Origin: Clostridia bacterium
Lineage (GTDB): Bacteria > Bacillota > Clostridia > Christensenellales > UBA1242
Assembly: GCA_017541375.1 (NCBI GenBank)
Contig: JAFXZE010000005.1
Coordinates: 126,183 to 150,182 of the forward strand
Length of the DNA: 24,000 nucleotides
Reading direction: 5' to 3'
Each line of letters starts with the position of its first letter. Positions within the stretch are counted from its first letter, which is position 1. The notes beneath the pieces were generated by a model that saw only the letters and a list, made by a program, of their open reading frames with translations, did not search any database and was not told the origin of the DNA. A program made the translations under genes and the position numbers. Of this stretch, positions 15,877 to 24,000 are shown in pieces.

Positions 15877-16866
15877 ATGAAAAACGATTCCCAAACACAT
15901 AAATCCCCAACTATAAAACCACCCCAAAAAGAAGATGAAAAAACCAAATCATTCCACTATGAAACATCTTTTTATAAGGGATATCTTGATTACCCAGTTT
16001 TTGTACGCATTTGGAAAAAAGTTGAAGAGGCTAAAGGCATTGTACTTGTTGCTCATAATATTCGTGAACACAGTGGCTTTTATGAGGAGTTTGCTCTCAC
16101 CCTAAATAAAGTAGGCTATATAGTAGTCGTTCCTGACCTTCGTGCTCACGGAAAAACAGCTGGCGAAGTGGATAATTGCGGAAAATATGATGGCAAAAAC
16201 TTTTTTCAAGATAGTGTATTAGATCTAATAAAATTTGCTGATTGGATGTTTAAGCGTTTTGACCTACCTCTAGCTATAATGGGCGTAGGAATAGGTAGTT
16301 TTTTGGTACAAAAATTCGCTGAAAACTATCATAGGCACAGAGCAATGATTTTAATTGGAGCAGGATATTATCCTATTCCCTATCTAAATCACATAAATTT
16401 TTTAGCTAACATGACAGCCATGTTTAAAGGAAAAAATGCACCAGCACACAAAGTATATAAAGCAACTATTGGAAAATTTGAAAAAAATTTCCCAGACAAG
16501 AATTGGCTAACTCACGATGAAAGCATGATTGAAATTTATGAACAAGACCCATATTATGGTCACATTCCTTCAGCAGCAATATGTGCCTCCATTGCTCAAG
16601 GCATTGCATCTGTATTTACTGGCAACAACCTAGACAAACTAGACAGATTTACCCCGATTTTATTTGAAAATGGACAAAATGACACCATAGCTACAGCGAG
16701 CCCAACCAACCTTGATAAACTGCTGGAACAATACAAATTTTTACAATTTAAAAATGTGGAAACAAAAATTTGGGATCACGACAGACATGATATTTTACAT
16801 GAAACTGACCGAAAACAAGTTTTTTCTCACATAAGTGCTTTCCTCAAAAAGAATGTAATTCCGTAA
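15877..16866 (+). CDS. Alpha/beta hydrolase-like (monoglyceride lipase / lysophospholipase-like) protein with altered nucleophile elbow
   Basis: VLVAHNIREHSGFYEEFALTLNKVGYIVVVPDLRAHGKTAG, MGVGIGSFLVQKFAENY, ENGQNDTIA, DHDRHDILHETDR follow the hydrolase_4 family layout. Confidence 0.8.
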   Translation: MKNDSQTHKSPTIKPPQKEDEKTKSFHYETSFYKGYLDYPVFVRIWKKVEEAKGIVLVAHNIREHSGFYEEFALTLNKVGYIVVVPDLRAHGKTAGEVDNCGKYDGKNFFQDSVLDLIKFADWMFKRFDLPLAIMGVGIGSFLVQKFAENYHRHRAMILIGAGYYPIPYLNHINFLANMTAMFKGKNAPAHKVYKATIGKFEKNFPDKNWLTHDESMIEIYEQDPYYGHIPSAAICASIAQGIASVFTGNNLDKLDRFTPILFENGQNDTIATASPTNLDKLLEQYKFLQFKNVETKIWDHDRHDILHETDRKQVFSHISAFLKKNVIP

Positions 16867-16903
16867 TAAATTTAAAAAAAATAAAAAATTTTTATTATTT
16901 TTA

Positions 16904-16932
16904 TTGACATTTAGGAAAATTTGTGTTATACT
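16904..16932 (+). promoter_or_regulatory. Sigma-A-like promoter for the leader ORF / ABC exporter
   Basis: TTGACA-17 nt-TATACT. Confidence 0.75.
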
Positions 16933-16965
16933 CTTCGCAATTATTATTGAAAGGAGGAGAAAATC

Positions 16966-17025
16966 ATGACAATAAACAGTGTAGTCGAAGCACAAAAATC
17001 TTCCTTAGGAGTGCGTTTTTTATAA
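16966..17025 (+). CDS. Putative leader peptide MTINSVVEAQKSSLGVRFL
   Basis: Strong RBS AAAGGAGGAG followed 6 nt later by ATG. 19 codons and a TAA, between a good promoter and the exporter gene. Confidence 0.55.
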   Translation: MTINSVVEAQKSSLGVRFL

Positions 17026-17030
17026 ATTTT

Positions 17031-17075
17031 CTAAAAGAGGTACTTCTTTAGGAAAAACAATAAAAATTTAAGGAG
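17031..17075 (+). promoter_or_regulatory. Possible alternative leader hairpins near the ABC exporter RBS
   Basis: CTAAAAGAGGTACTTCTTTAG (17031-17051) is an imperfect palindrome. CTTCTT (17043-17048) can instead pair with the Shine-Dalgarno AAGGAG (17070-17075), with one G-U pair. Confidence 0.4.
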
Positions 17076-17081
17076 TTAATT

Positions 17082-18944
17082 ATGTTAGGTAAAGAAAAAT
17101 TACCTAACTCTAAAATGACTCGATTAGATAAAAAACGTCAAAAGTATAAAAATAGGTATGGCATAGACTATGATGAGTTTATGCAAAAACAAAAAGAAAA
17201 GCAAGAAAAACGAAAGCTTGGATTTAAATCTATTAAGCAAATTCTATCGCTTTGCAAATCATCACATAAATTTTTGTGGGGTTGTGTGATTGTGGTGCTA
17301 ATTGGTGCTGCAATTGATATTTTGGGTGCATATCAATATGTGCATATTATTGATGATGTCACACTAGAATTCTTTGATAAAGCGCTATATGCTACTATCA
17401 CTTATGGAGCATGTATTGCGGGAACACATATTTGTTGGTTCTTTTGGGAAATATTTTATAACTATGCTTCTGCAAACATCAATTATCAGATTAAAAACAA
17501 CTTATTTAGCAATGTATTAAATGTTAGCACAGCCAAATATAATGATGTTTCTAGTGGTGAAATTATCAACCGAATCACCAATGATAGTAGTTCGTTTGCT
17601 CAAACAGTCACAGCTTTGGTAACTGATATTTGTGACTTTATTTCAAATATTGCCTACGTAGTAGTAGCGTTTATTCTGAGCCCATACTTGGGTGCGATAA
17701 TGTTTTGTTTGGGCCTTATCGCCTACCTCATTCGCAGAATTTATCTCAAACGCAGAGCAATTCTATATTCTGCACGAACTAAATTAATTGTTGATAAAAA
17801 TACATCTAGTGTGCAAGAAGCCATTAGAGGAAATAAAGACATCAAAAATCTTAACTTAAAATCCCTTATTAATGATCAACAATTATCTTTATCACTCAAT
17901 CAAAAACATTCGAGCATAGACCAGCAAAATCAACGAATTATTTTTAATAGAATTGCTTGGTTTCTATCTAGCATATCTCGAGCTTTAATACTAATAGCAT
18001 CTATACTCTTGATCCAAAAAGGAATGGTATCCCTTGGTGTTACGCTCGGAGTTTTGACATTTGTTTGGTCTGGGCTTGAAACATTCATGAATTTGGCAAA
18101 CATTATTCAAAATGTAAAAGAAGCATCAGTAAGTTCTAGTAGAATGTTAGAAATACTTGATGATGAGCTATATCCCAAAGAACATTTTGGCTGCCAAACA
18201 ATCGACAATATGCGCGGTGAAATTGAATTTAAACATGTAGAATTTGGATACAAAAAAGATGAATTGCTTTTCAAAGATTTAAGTTTTAAAATAGAAGCCG
18301 GCCAGTGTATCGGTATTGTAGGAAAATCTGGTCAAGGTAAGTCGAGTATTATTAATTTAATTAACAAACTTTTTGACGTTTCGGGAGGTCAAATACTACT
18401 AGATGGTGTCGACATTCAAAATTTGAGTGAAGACTCGATTAGAGATAATGTTTCAGTTGTGTCTCAATCCCCCTACATATTTGACCTAACTATTAGAGAA
18501 AATTTAGAGTTAGTAAAACCAGATGCCACTTTTGATGAAATTGTTGATGCTTGTAAAAAAGCGTATATATATGATTACATCATGTCACTTGACAACAAAT
18601 TTGATAGCAAGATTGGTGAAGGTGGCGTGCAACTAAGTGGTGGACAAAAACAACGCTTAGCAATTGCTAGAGCATTGCTAAGAAAAAGTAAAATCTTGTT
18701 GCTTGATGAAGCTACAAGTGCTCTTGACAACGAAAGTCAAGAGAAAATTAAATCGGCTATAAATGACTTGAAAAACGAAAAAACAATAATAATTGTCGCT
18801 CACAGACTTACTACCGTCATGGATTGTGATAGAATTTTGTTTATCAATAATAACACAGTAAAAGCTGATGGTACTCACAAACAACTAATGAAAACCTGTC
18901 CTGAATACAAAAAACTTTACAATTCAGAAGATAGTGAGGAGTAA
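17082..18944 (+). CDS. ABC transporter, fused permease/ATP-binding exporter (MsbA/MDR-like)
   Basis: TM domain, then Walker A GIVGKSGQGKSS, signature LSGGQKQRLAIARAL, Walker B ILLLDEATSALD, H-loop AHRL. Confidence 0.95.
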   Translation: MLGKEKLPNSKMTRLDKKRQKYKNRYGIDYDEFMQKQKEKQEKRKLGFKSIKQILSLCKSSHKFLWGCVIVVLIGAAIDILGAYQYVHIIDDVTLEFFDKALYATITYGACIAGTHICWFFWEIFYNYASANINYQIKNNLFSNVLNVSTAKYNDVSSGEIINRITNDSSSFAQTVTALVTDICDFISNIAYVVVAFILSPYLGAIMFCLGLIAYLIRRIYLKRRAILYSARTKLIVDKNTSSVQEAIRGNKDIKNLNLKSLINDQQLSLSLNQKHSSIDQQNQRIIFNRIAWFLSSISRALILIASILLIQKGMVSLGVTLGVLTFVWSGLETFMNLANIIQNVKEASVSSSRMLEILDDELYPKEHFGCQTIDNMRGEIEFKHVEFGYKKDELLFKDLSFKIEAGQCIGIVGKSGQGKSSIINLINKLFDVSGGQILLDGVDIQNLSEDSIRDNVSVVSQSPYIFDLTIRENLELVKPDATFDEIVDACKKAYIYDYIMSLDNKFDSKIGEGGVQLSGGQKQRLAIARALLRKSKILLLDEATSALDNESQEKIKSAINDLKNEKTIIIVAHRLTTVMDCDRILFINNNTVKADGTHKQLMKTCPEYKKLYNSEDSEE

Positions 18945-18946
18945 GC

Positions 18947-18976
18947 AAAATAAGCAACTCAGATTGCTTATTTTTT
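18947..18976 (+). terminator. Terminator-like hairpin
   Basis: AAAATAAGCAA-ctcaga-TTGCTTATTTTTT. Confidence 0.7.
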
Positions 18977-18995
18977 ATTAAAAAAGGAGTAATAT

Positions 18996-19523
18996 ATGAA
19001 ACTTAATTTAAAAATCCACAAAGCCACAGAAAATAATGTGAGTGATATACTCAAAATTAGAGAAGAAGGTTGGCTCAGTGGCTATACAGACTTGGATAAA
19101 GAAGCTATAAAAAACTACTATAAAAAGCAGAGAGAAATCAAAAAAATCGAAAACATGAAAAAATATTTTTCATCAGACAACCATAATTGCTACCTAGCGG
19201 AATATCAAGGACAAAATATAGGTCTGTTTTGGTTTGAGGACAATGGTAGAAAAAGTAATGATACCTGCTACATATATGGTTTTTATGTTCTCCCCCAATT
19301 TCAAGGTCAAGGCGTAGGGACTGCGCTTTGGAAATTTGGAATGGAAAGAATGAAAGAAAAAGGTTACACCAAATGTAGCCTCATAACAACTAGTAAAAAT
19401 GAAAAGAGCAAAAAATTCTATCATGCGCATAATGGAGTTATTTCAAAAGAATATATTGAACAAATGATTGATGAAGATGATCAATCAAAAATTTTAGTAG
19501 ATGAATTTACCTTTAATATATAA
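18996..19523 (+). CDS. GNAT family N-acetyltransferase
   Basis: IYGFYVLPQFQGQGVGTALWKFGMERMKEKGYTKCSLITTSKNEKSKKFYHAHN is the acetyl-CoA binding motif of GNATs. Confidence 0.9.
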   Translation: MKLNLKIHKATENNVSDILKIREEGWLSGYTDLDKEAIKNYYKKQREIKKIENMKKYFSSDNHNCYLAEYQGQNIGLFWFEDNGRKSNDTCYIYGFYVLPQFQGQGVGTALWKFGMERMKEKGYTKCSLITTSKNEKSKKFYHAHNGVISKEYIEQMIDEDDQSKILVDEFTFNI

Positions 19524-19550
19524 AAGAGCGGATTGTTATTCGCTCTTTTT
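19522..19550. terminator. Bidirectional terminator between GNAT and prfA
   Basis: AAAAGAGCG-gattgttatt-CGCTCTTTTT. Confidence 0.75.
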
Positions 19551-20619
19551 ATATGTTTGCATTTTCTAATTTACGTTTTATCTCTTCTTGGTGAAGTGCA
19601 TCCAACATTTCATCAATATCTCCTAACATAAAGTTATTTATTGAGTGAAGACTAAGGCCTATACGGTGATCTGTTACTCTGTCTTGAGGAAAGTTGTATG
19701 TACGGATTCGTTCACTTCTATCCCCTGTGCCCACTTGACTTTTTCTTGCCTCAGCACTCTCATTCATTGCCTTTTGTTCGGCTATGTCCTCCAACTTTGC
19801 TCTTAGTATACCCATTGCCCGCTCTTTATTTTTGATTTGACTTCGCTCGTCTTGACAAGTTACCACTATTCCACTGGGGATATGAGTAATACGCACGGCA
19901 CTATCGGTAGTGTTTACCCCCTGCCCACCATGACCACCAGCGTGATATGTGTCTATTCTTAGGTCTTTATCATTTATTTCGACATCAGTTTCTTCCACTT
20001 CAGGAAGTACTGCAACAGTTACAGTACTAGTATGCACCCTACCTTGAGCCTCAGTCTCCGGCACACGTTGGACTCGATGCACTCCACTCTCCCACTTTAA
20101 CCTACTGTATGCCCCAACTCCATCAATCAGCATTACTCCTTCCTTGAGTCCTCCGACTTCTGTCGATGAATATTCTATTATTTCGACCTTCCATCCTAAA
20201 TTTTGCGCATACTTCTGGTACATTTTAAAGAGTTCCGCCCCAAACAAAGATGCTTCATCTCCCCCAGCAGCAGGACGAACTTCTAAGAAAACATTCTTAT
20301 CATCGTTCTTTCCACGCGGCAAAAGTAACACTTTTACTTCCTCATCCAACTTTTCTAAAACATCATTAGCTTCGCTTAATTCAGCTTTTGCCATCTCTAT
20401 AATATCAGCCTCATCAGTTTCATTCAAAAGTTCTTCCGCAAGCTTTTGCTTATTCTGCGCCTGTTTATATTTCTCAAATAGTGTAACATATTCTTCTAAA
20501 GTTGAATGTTCCTTAGCAACTTTACGAAATTTGTTACTATCAGCCACCAAAGCCGGGTCACACATCTGCTCTCCCAATTCGTGATATCTTTTTACAAATG
20601 GCTCTAATTTTTCAATCAT
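19549..20619 (-). CDS. prfA: Peptide chain release factor 1
   Basis: GGQ motif in [31 protein letters not shown], anticodon-mimic region [17 protein letters not shown]. Confidence 0.95.
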   Translation of the reverse strand: MIEKLEPFVKRYHELGEQMCDPALVADSNKFRKVAKEHSTLEEYVTLFEKYKQAQNKQKLAEELLNETDEADIIEMAKAELSEANDVLEKLDEEVKVLLLPRGKNDDKNVFLEVRPAAGGDEASLFGAELFKMYQKYAQNLGWKVEIIEYSSTEVGGLKEGVMLIDGVGAYSRLKWESGVHRVQRVPETEAQGRVHTSTVTVAVLPEVEETDVEINDKDLRIDTYHAGGHGGQGVNTTDSAVRITHIPSGIVVTCQDERSQIKNKERAMGILRAKLEDIAEQKAMNESAEARKSQVGTGDRSERIRTYNFPQDRVTDHRIGLSLHSINNFMLGDIDEMLDALHQEEIKRKLENANI

Positions 20620-21416
20620 TTTCTACTCCTTGCTATTACAAATCTTTTAAACCCAAAATAATCCGATATTATCTCACAATCAAAATCTTTATCAAAAATG
20701 TCTACTATTCTTTCTGCTTGAGTGTCGCCTACTTCCATAAATATCATTCCTCTAGGAGATAAATATGGCCTTACATTATCTTTTATACGTTTGTAAAAAT
20801 CAAGTCCATCATCTCCACCAAACAATGCAATATGCGGCTCAAAATCTAATACACTAGATGGCAAAATCTCTTTTTCCTCCTCAGCAATGTATGGTGGATT
20901 TGTTACAATCACATCAAATTTGCCACTTACATTTTTAAATAAATCACCACAAATAAAATCCACTTGGGCATTATTTATCACCGCATTTTGCTTGGCAACT
21001 TTGAGAGCTGCTTCACTAATATCAGTTGCCACGACTTTACAATTCAGTTGTGTAGCCAAAGCTACTGCAATGCAACCGCTCCCAGTACACAAATCAAGTA
21101 TGCGCAAGTTTTCACCACTGACTCTGTCAACAACTAATTCGCAAAGCTGCTCAGTTTCCGCTCTAGGAATCAACACATCTGGCGTAACTAAAATTTTGCA
21201 ATTCCAAAATGGCACATAGCCCAATATGTATCCTAATGGTTCACCTGATGATAGGCGCTTTATCCCCTTATCTAGTGTAGAGACAAGTTGTGGTGTTAAC
21301 TCTGTTTCCCCCCACAAAAAAGGTTCTACATTACTAACTTCCTTAATAAGCCAAGCTACATCTTGAGATTTACTTTTTTCGGAATTTACTTTTTGATAAT
21401 ATTCTTTTAAATTCAT
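20616..21416 (-). CDS. prmC: Release factor glutamine methyltransferase
   Basis: [28 protein letters not shown] motif. ATGA overlap with prfA. Start moved to ATG 21416 after TAAGGAAA. Confidence 0.93.
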   Translation of the reverse strand: MNLKEYYQKVNSEKSKSQDVAWLIKEVSNVEPFLWGETELTPQLVSTLDKGIKRLSSGEPLGYILGYVPFWNCKILVTPDVLIPRAETEQLCELVVDRVSGENLRILDLCTGSGCIAVALATQLNCKVVATDISEAALKVAKQNAVINNAQVDFICGDLFKNVSGKFDVIVTNPPYIAEEEKEILPSSVLDFEPHIALFGGDDGLDFYKRIKDNVRPYLSPRGMIFMEVGDTQAERIVDIFDKDFDCEIISDYFGFKRFVIARSRK

Positions 21417-21427
21417 TTTCCTTACCA

Positions 21428-21455
21428 CAAAAAAAGATGCCTCAATTTAGGCATC
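21428..21455 (-). terminator. rpmE terminator
   Basis: Minus strand GATGCCT-aaattg-AGGCATC followed by TTTTTTTT. Confidence 0.85.
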
Positions 21456-21464
21456 CAAATTTAA

Positions 21465-21698
21465 CTATGCAGCAGCTGCACCTGATTTATTTCCTGCTTG
21501 AATGTTGTACTTCTTGTTAAATTTTTCAACACGACCAGCAGCGTCCACAATCTTTTGGTTACCTGTAAAGAAAGGGTGACATTTGTTGCATATATCGATT
21601 TTCATGACATCACTTTTATATGTTGAACGTGTAGTAAAGTGTTCTCCACAAGCACACTCAACTTTCACTTCGTGATAGTTTGGGTGAATATCTTTCAT
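21465..21698 (-). CDS. rpmE: 50S ribosomal protein L31, zinc-binding (C+) form
   Basis: [49 protein letters not shown]. Confidence 0.95.
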   Translation of the reverse strand: MKDIHPNYHEVKVECACGEHFTTRSTYKSDVMKIDICNKCHPFFTGNQKIVDAAGRVEKFNKKYNIQAGNKSGAAAA

Positions 21699-21867
21699 TG
21701 TACTAGCTCCTCTTTATAAAATATTTAGTGAGTATATTTTACTACAAAATTCAAAAAAAATCAATAGTTTTTGCATAAGTTTTTTGTTAAAATTAACTTT
21801 ATGTAATTCTATCCTATTGAGTTGACAAAAATATTATATAGTGGTAAAAAATAATAGGAGGCACATT

Positions 21868-22419
21868 ATGCAAACTGACTCACCAATAAAACAACTCACT
21901 ACCCAAGAAAAAAAAGAGTTACTCGAAAACATTGCTATTAGCTTTTTTACAGAATATCCAGTTAGCAAAAAGTGTATCGAGGAACGAGAGAATTTAGAAA
22001 AAAACTCTATTTACCAAATAGTATTAGATAATCTTATATTTGGTAAAGGTAGTCAAATTAAATCAATTCGAGATACCTTAGATACACTGCTAAAACCAGG
22101 TAGATATAACTACCTCGACATCGCAAAAGTTCTTTACACACCGCAAAAAGTTGATGTTATGTTTGAAAAAGCCATTGAAAAAGCCTGCATTGAGGCAGAT
22201 ATCAAAAAAAATGAAACTATTGACAAGTGTTTTAAAATGCGAGATTACTTAAGAAACTGTCAAAAAGATGTATCAGACAACATTTCAGTTACTGATTCTA
22301 ACAATCCTGCTGCTAGCATGTTAATTATGATTGCTGGAACTTACTGTTCGATGAAAAAATCTAATAACACTAAAACAAGCACAAACACAAAGCAAACAAG
22401 CATTTTAGAATTTCAATAA
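21868..22419 (+). CDS. Hypothetical protein
   Basis: Start corrected to ATG 21868 preceded by TAGGAGG. Followed by a terminator-like repeat. Confidence 0.75.
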   Translation: MQTDSPIKQLTTQEKKELLENIAISFFTEYPVSKKCIEERENLEKNSIYQIVLDNLIFGKGSQIKSIRDTLDTLLKPGRYNYLDIAKVLYTPQKVDVMFEKAIEKACIEADIKKNETIDKCFKMRDYLRNCQKDVSDNISVTDSNNPAASMLIMIAGTYCSMKKSNNTKTSTNTKQTSILEFQ

Positions 22420-22420
22420 C

Positions 22421-22449
22421 AAAAACACACCGCTAACCAGTGTGTTTTT
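22421..22449. terminator. Bidirectional terminator between convergent genes
   Basis: AAAAACACAC ... GTGTGTTTTT inverted repeat. Confidence 0.75.
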
Positions 22450-22504
22450 ATTATACAAATATACTTTCAATTAATAAATAATCAAAAGCAAATTAGCTCT
22501 TTAA

Positions 22505-23191
22505 TTATCTACTACGCTCAACCTCAGCATCACATTTTACCATTCTATTAGCTAATTTAAAAACATCATTTAAACTTGGTGTGCGTTTAGCTACTTTTTC
22601 CAAACGAGAGTATTCCTCTTCTTTTGCCCAATAATAAATATTATAATCTGTTAATTTAGAAACTTTATAATCAGCCATCATCTCTGATAAATCAACATAT
22701 CTAAAGTTCCCCCAAACAGGCCAATCCTTTATATCTGAAATTCTATTGTAATTAACTCCCCTTTGACCAAGTGGAACCCTTTCATATATAGGTGTAGTAG
22801 AATAAACCGGAACACATCCTTTTTTTGCTATACAAAAAGGGTGATCCTCTGTAGGCTTTGAGTAATCATATAGAAAAATCTCTTGACCTGTTTCATTAGA
22901 ATAAAACCTACTTTGCCTTTGCAAAAAAGGTCTAGTTATGTCTCGCTCTTCAGTCACATTCCATCCAATATCTATCCTTGTATCATTCAACACTACAGAA
23001 TACTCTTTTTTAGTGCGTAGGTCTTTAAATTTTCTATTATCTTCACTTATCAATACAGGCACAACCACAGCCCCATCGTCAAATTTTAAAAAACGAAGTC
23101 TTTCTATCTCTTCATTTGATAATTTTTTACTTGTTTCACTATCTTTTGTCGTTTTATCAGTAAAAAATTTTTTTATTTCACTAAAAACCAT
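22505..23191 (-). CDS. Hypothetical protein
   Basis: Start corrected to ATG 23191 (MVFSEIKKFF...) after GGAGGG. Upstream promoter on the minus strand. Confidence 0.8.
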   Translation of the reverse strand: MVFSEIKKFFTDKTTKDSETSKKLSNEEIERLRFLKFDDGAVVVPVLISEDNRKFKDLRTKKEYSVVLNDTRIDIGWNVTEERDITRPFLQRQSRFYSNETGQEIFLYDYSKPTEDHPFCIAKKGCVPVYSTTPIYERVPLGQRGVNYNRISDIKDWPVWGNFRYVDLSEMMADYKVSKLTDYNIYYWAKEEEYSRLEKVAKRTPSLNDVFKLANRMVKCDAEVERSR

Positions 23192-23218
23192 AACAATCCC
23201 TCCATATATACCGTGTAT

Positions 23219-23247
23219 ATTATACCACAAAAAGCAAAAAATGTCAA
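23219..23247 (-). promoter_or_regulatory. Consensus sigma-A-like promoter
   Basis: Minus strand TTGACA (23247-23242), 17 nt, TATAAT (23224-23219). Confidence 0.8.
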
Positions 23248-23256
23248 TAATTTGGA

Positions 23257-23284
23257 AAAACCACACCGCTTTCTATGTGGTTTT
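23257..23284. terminator. Terminator-like hairpin 1 of 3
   Basis: AAAACCACA / TGTGGTTTT inverted repeat. Confidence 0.65.
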
Positions 23285-23353
23285 ACATTAGTGTGGATGT
23301 TATGCAAAAAAGCTTCGTCTCACGCCTCACTTTTTTGAGTCCGTGTTAATCAC

Positions 23354-23383
23354 AAAAACACACCGCTTTCGCGGTGTGTTTTT
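23354..23383 (-). terminator. spoVG terminator (terminator-like hairpin 3 of 3)
   Basis: Perfect 13-bp stem AAAAACACACCGC / GCGGTGTGTTTTT with a 4-nt loop (GAAA on the minus strand). Confidence 0.9.
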
Positions 23384-23399
23384 ACATTAGTGACTAACA

Positions 23400-23672
23400 C
23401 TATTCAGCTGGAGCCTTGAGTGCTTTGTCGTACTCGGCAAGGATAAGTTTACTAATCTCGTCCCTTGTCTCGGTGTTTAGTGGGTGAACGATATCCTTAA
23501 AGTTCCCCTCTGGTGTCTTGCGACTAGGCATTGCTATAAACAAGCCTTGGTTGCCCTCAATGACCTTAATGTCATGAACTGCAAAGCATTCGTCAATAGT
23601 GAGTGAAGCAACTGCTTTGAGTTTGTTGTCATCCTTCTTAACGATACGAATGCGAATGTCGGTAATTTTCAT
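23400..23672 (-). CDS. spoVG: SpoVG family protein
   Basis: [11 protein letters not shown]...[49 protein letters not shown] is the canonical SpoVG core. Start moved to ATG 23672. Confidence 0.95.
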   Translation of the reverse strand: MKITDIRIRIVKKDDNKLKAVASLTIDECFAVHDIKVIEGNQGLFIAMPSRKTPEGNFKDIVHPLNTETRDEISKLILAEYDKALKAPAE

Positions 23673-23904
23673 CAAGTCGATGTACCATCCTTTTTCAAAT
23701 TAGCCAAAAGTAGTATAGCCACTATTTAGCTTAAAATAAGTTTACACATTTAAAATCTAAATGTCAAATAAAATTATACCCTTTTTAAAAAATTTTTAGT
23801 AAAAACGGCATTTTTTTCTCAAAATTTTACATTTTTTTATGATTTTTATAAAAAAAACTATTAATTTTTGACATATTTTCAAATTTATGCATAAGAAAAT
23901 ACTA

Positions 23905-24000
23905 TGAAAAAACAGATTTTTTTTTACGGAATTGGGGGCATTAGTATGAGTGCTCTAGCCCACTTATCAAGCCCAAATAACACTATCTGGGGCTACGATG
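23905..24000 (+). CDS. murC: UDP-N-acetylmuramate--L-alanine ligase, N-terminal fragment (continues beyond window)
   Basis: MKKQIFFYGIGGISMSALAHLSSPNNTIWGYD matches the GIGGIGMSALA Rossmann signature of MurC. Confidence 0.75.

Noticed and set aside
20144-20584. 146-aa plus-strand ORF inside prfA
   Set aside because: Antisense to a highly conserved release factor gene. Ser-rich composition is typical of an antisense artefact.
20887-21219. 110-aa plus-strand ORF inside prmC
   Set aside because: Antisense to a well-supported methyltransferase gene, with no independent support.
22938-23291. 117-aa plus-strand ORF antisense to the 22505..23191 gene
   Set aside because: The minus-strand gene has a consensus promoter and RBS. 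The plus ORF has neither and runs across the minus-strand promoter.

Overview
Low-GC Bacillota-like chromosomal segment, mostly core genes plus several lineage-specific orphan genes. Recognisable content: two tandem paralogous secreted/lipoprotein genes; a TfoX-N / zinc-ribbon pair; a translationally coupled yabP-yabQ-divIC cluster; a eukaryote-like (type II) ileS; a transglutaminase-like protein; a HlyC/CorC-type CNNM/CBS protein; a MscS channel; a large membrane protein with a Thr/Asn-rich tail; an alpha/beta hydrolase-like protein; an ABC exporter; a GNAT; rpmE-prmC-prfA; spoVG; and the start of murC. No CRISPR array, transposon, phage, tRNA or rRNA was seen, and there is no clear multi-gene defence-type system. 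The observations most worth a second look are: (i) a 19-codon leader ORF with a strong ribosome-binding site (RBS) and a possible SD-sequestering leader in front of the ABC exporter; (ii) an alpha/beta hydrolase whose nucleophile elbow reads GVGIG instead of GxSxG; (iii) two transglutaminase-like proteins flanking ileS, one apparently lacking the catalytic Cys and His; (iv) a membrane protein with repeated (Y/F)DxLF motifs in a Thr/Asn-rich tail; (v) three terminator-like hairpins in about 130 bp between spoVG and the next gene. All calls come from reading sequence and motifs only; no database search was possible. Several start codons in the ORF track are moved to the ATG that follows a good RBS.
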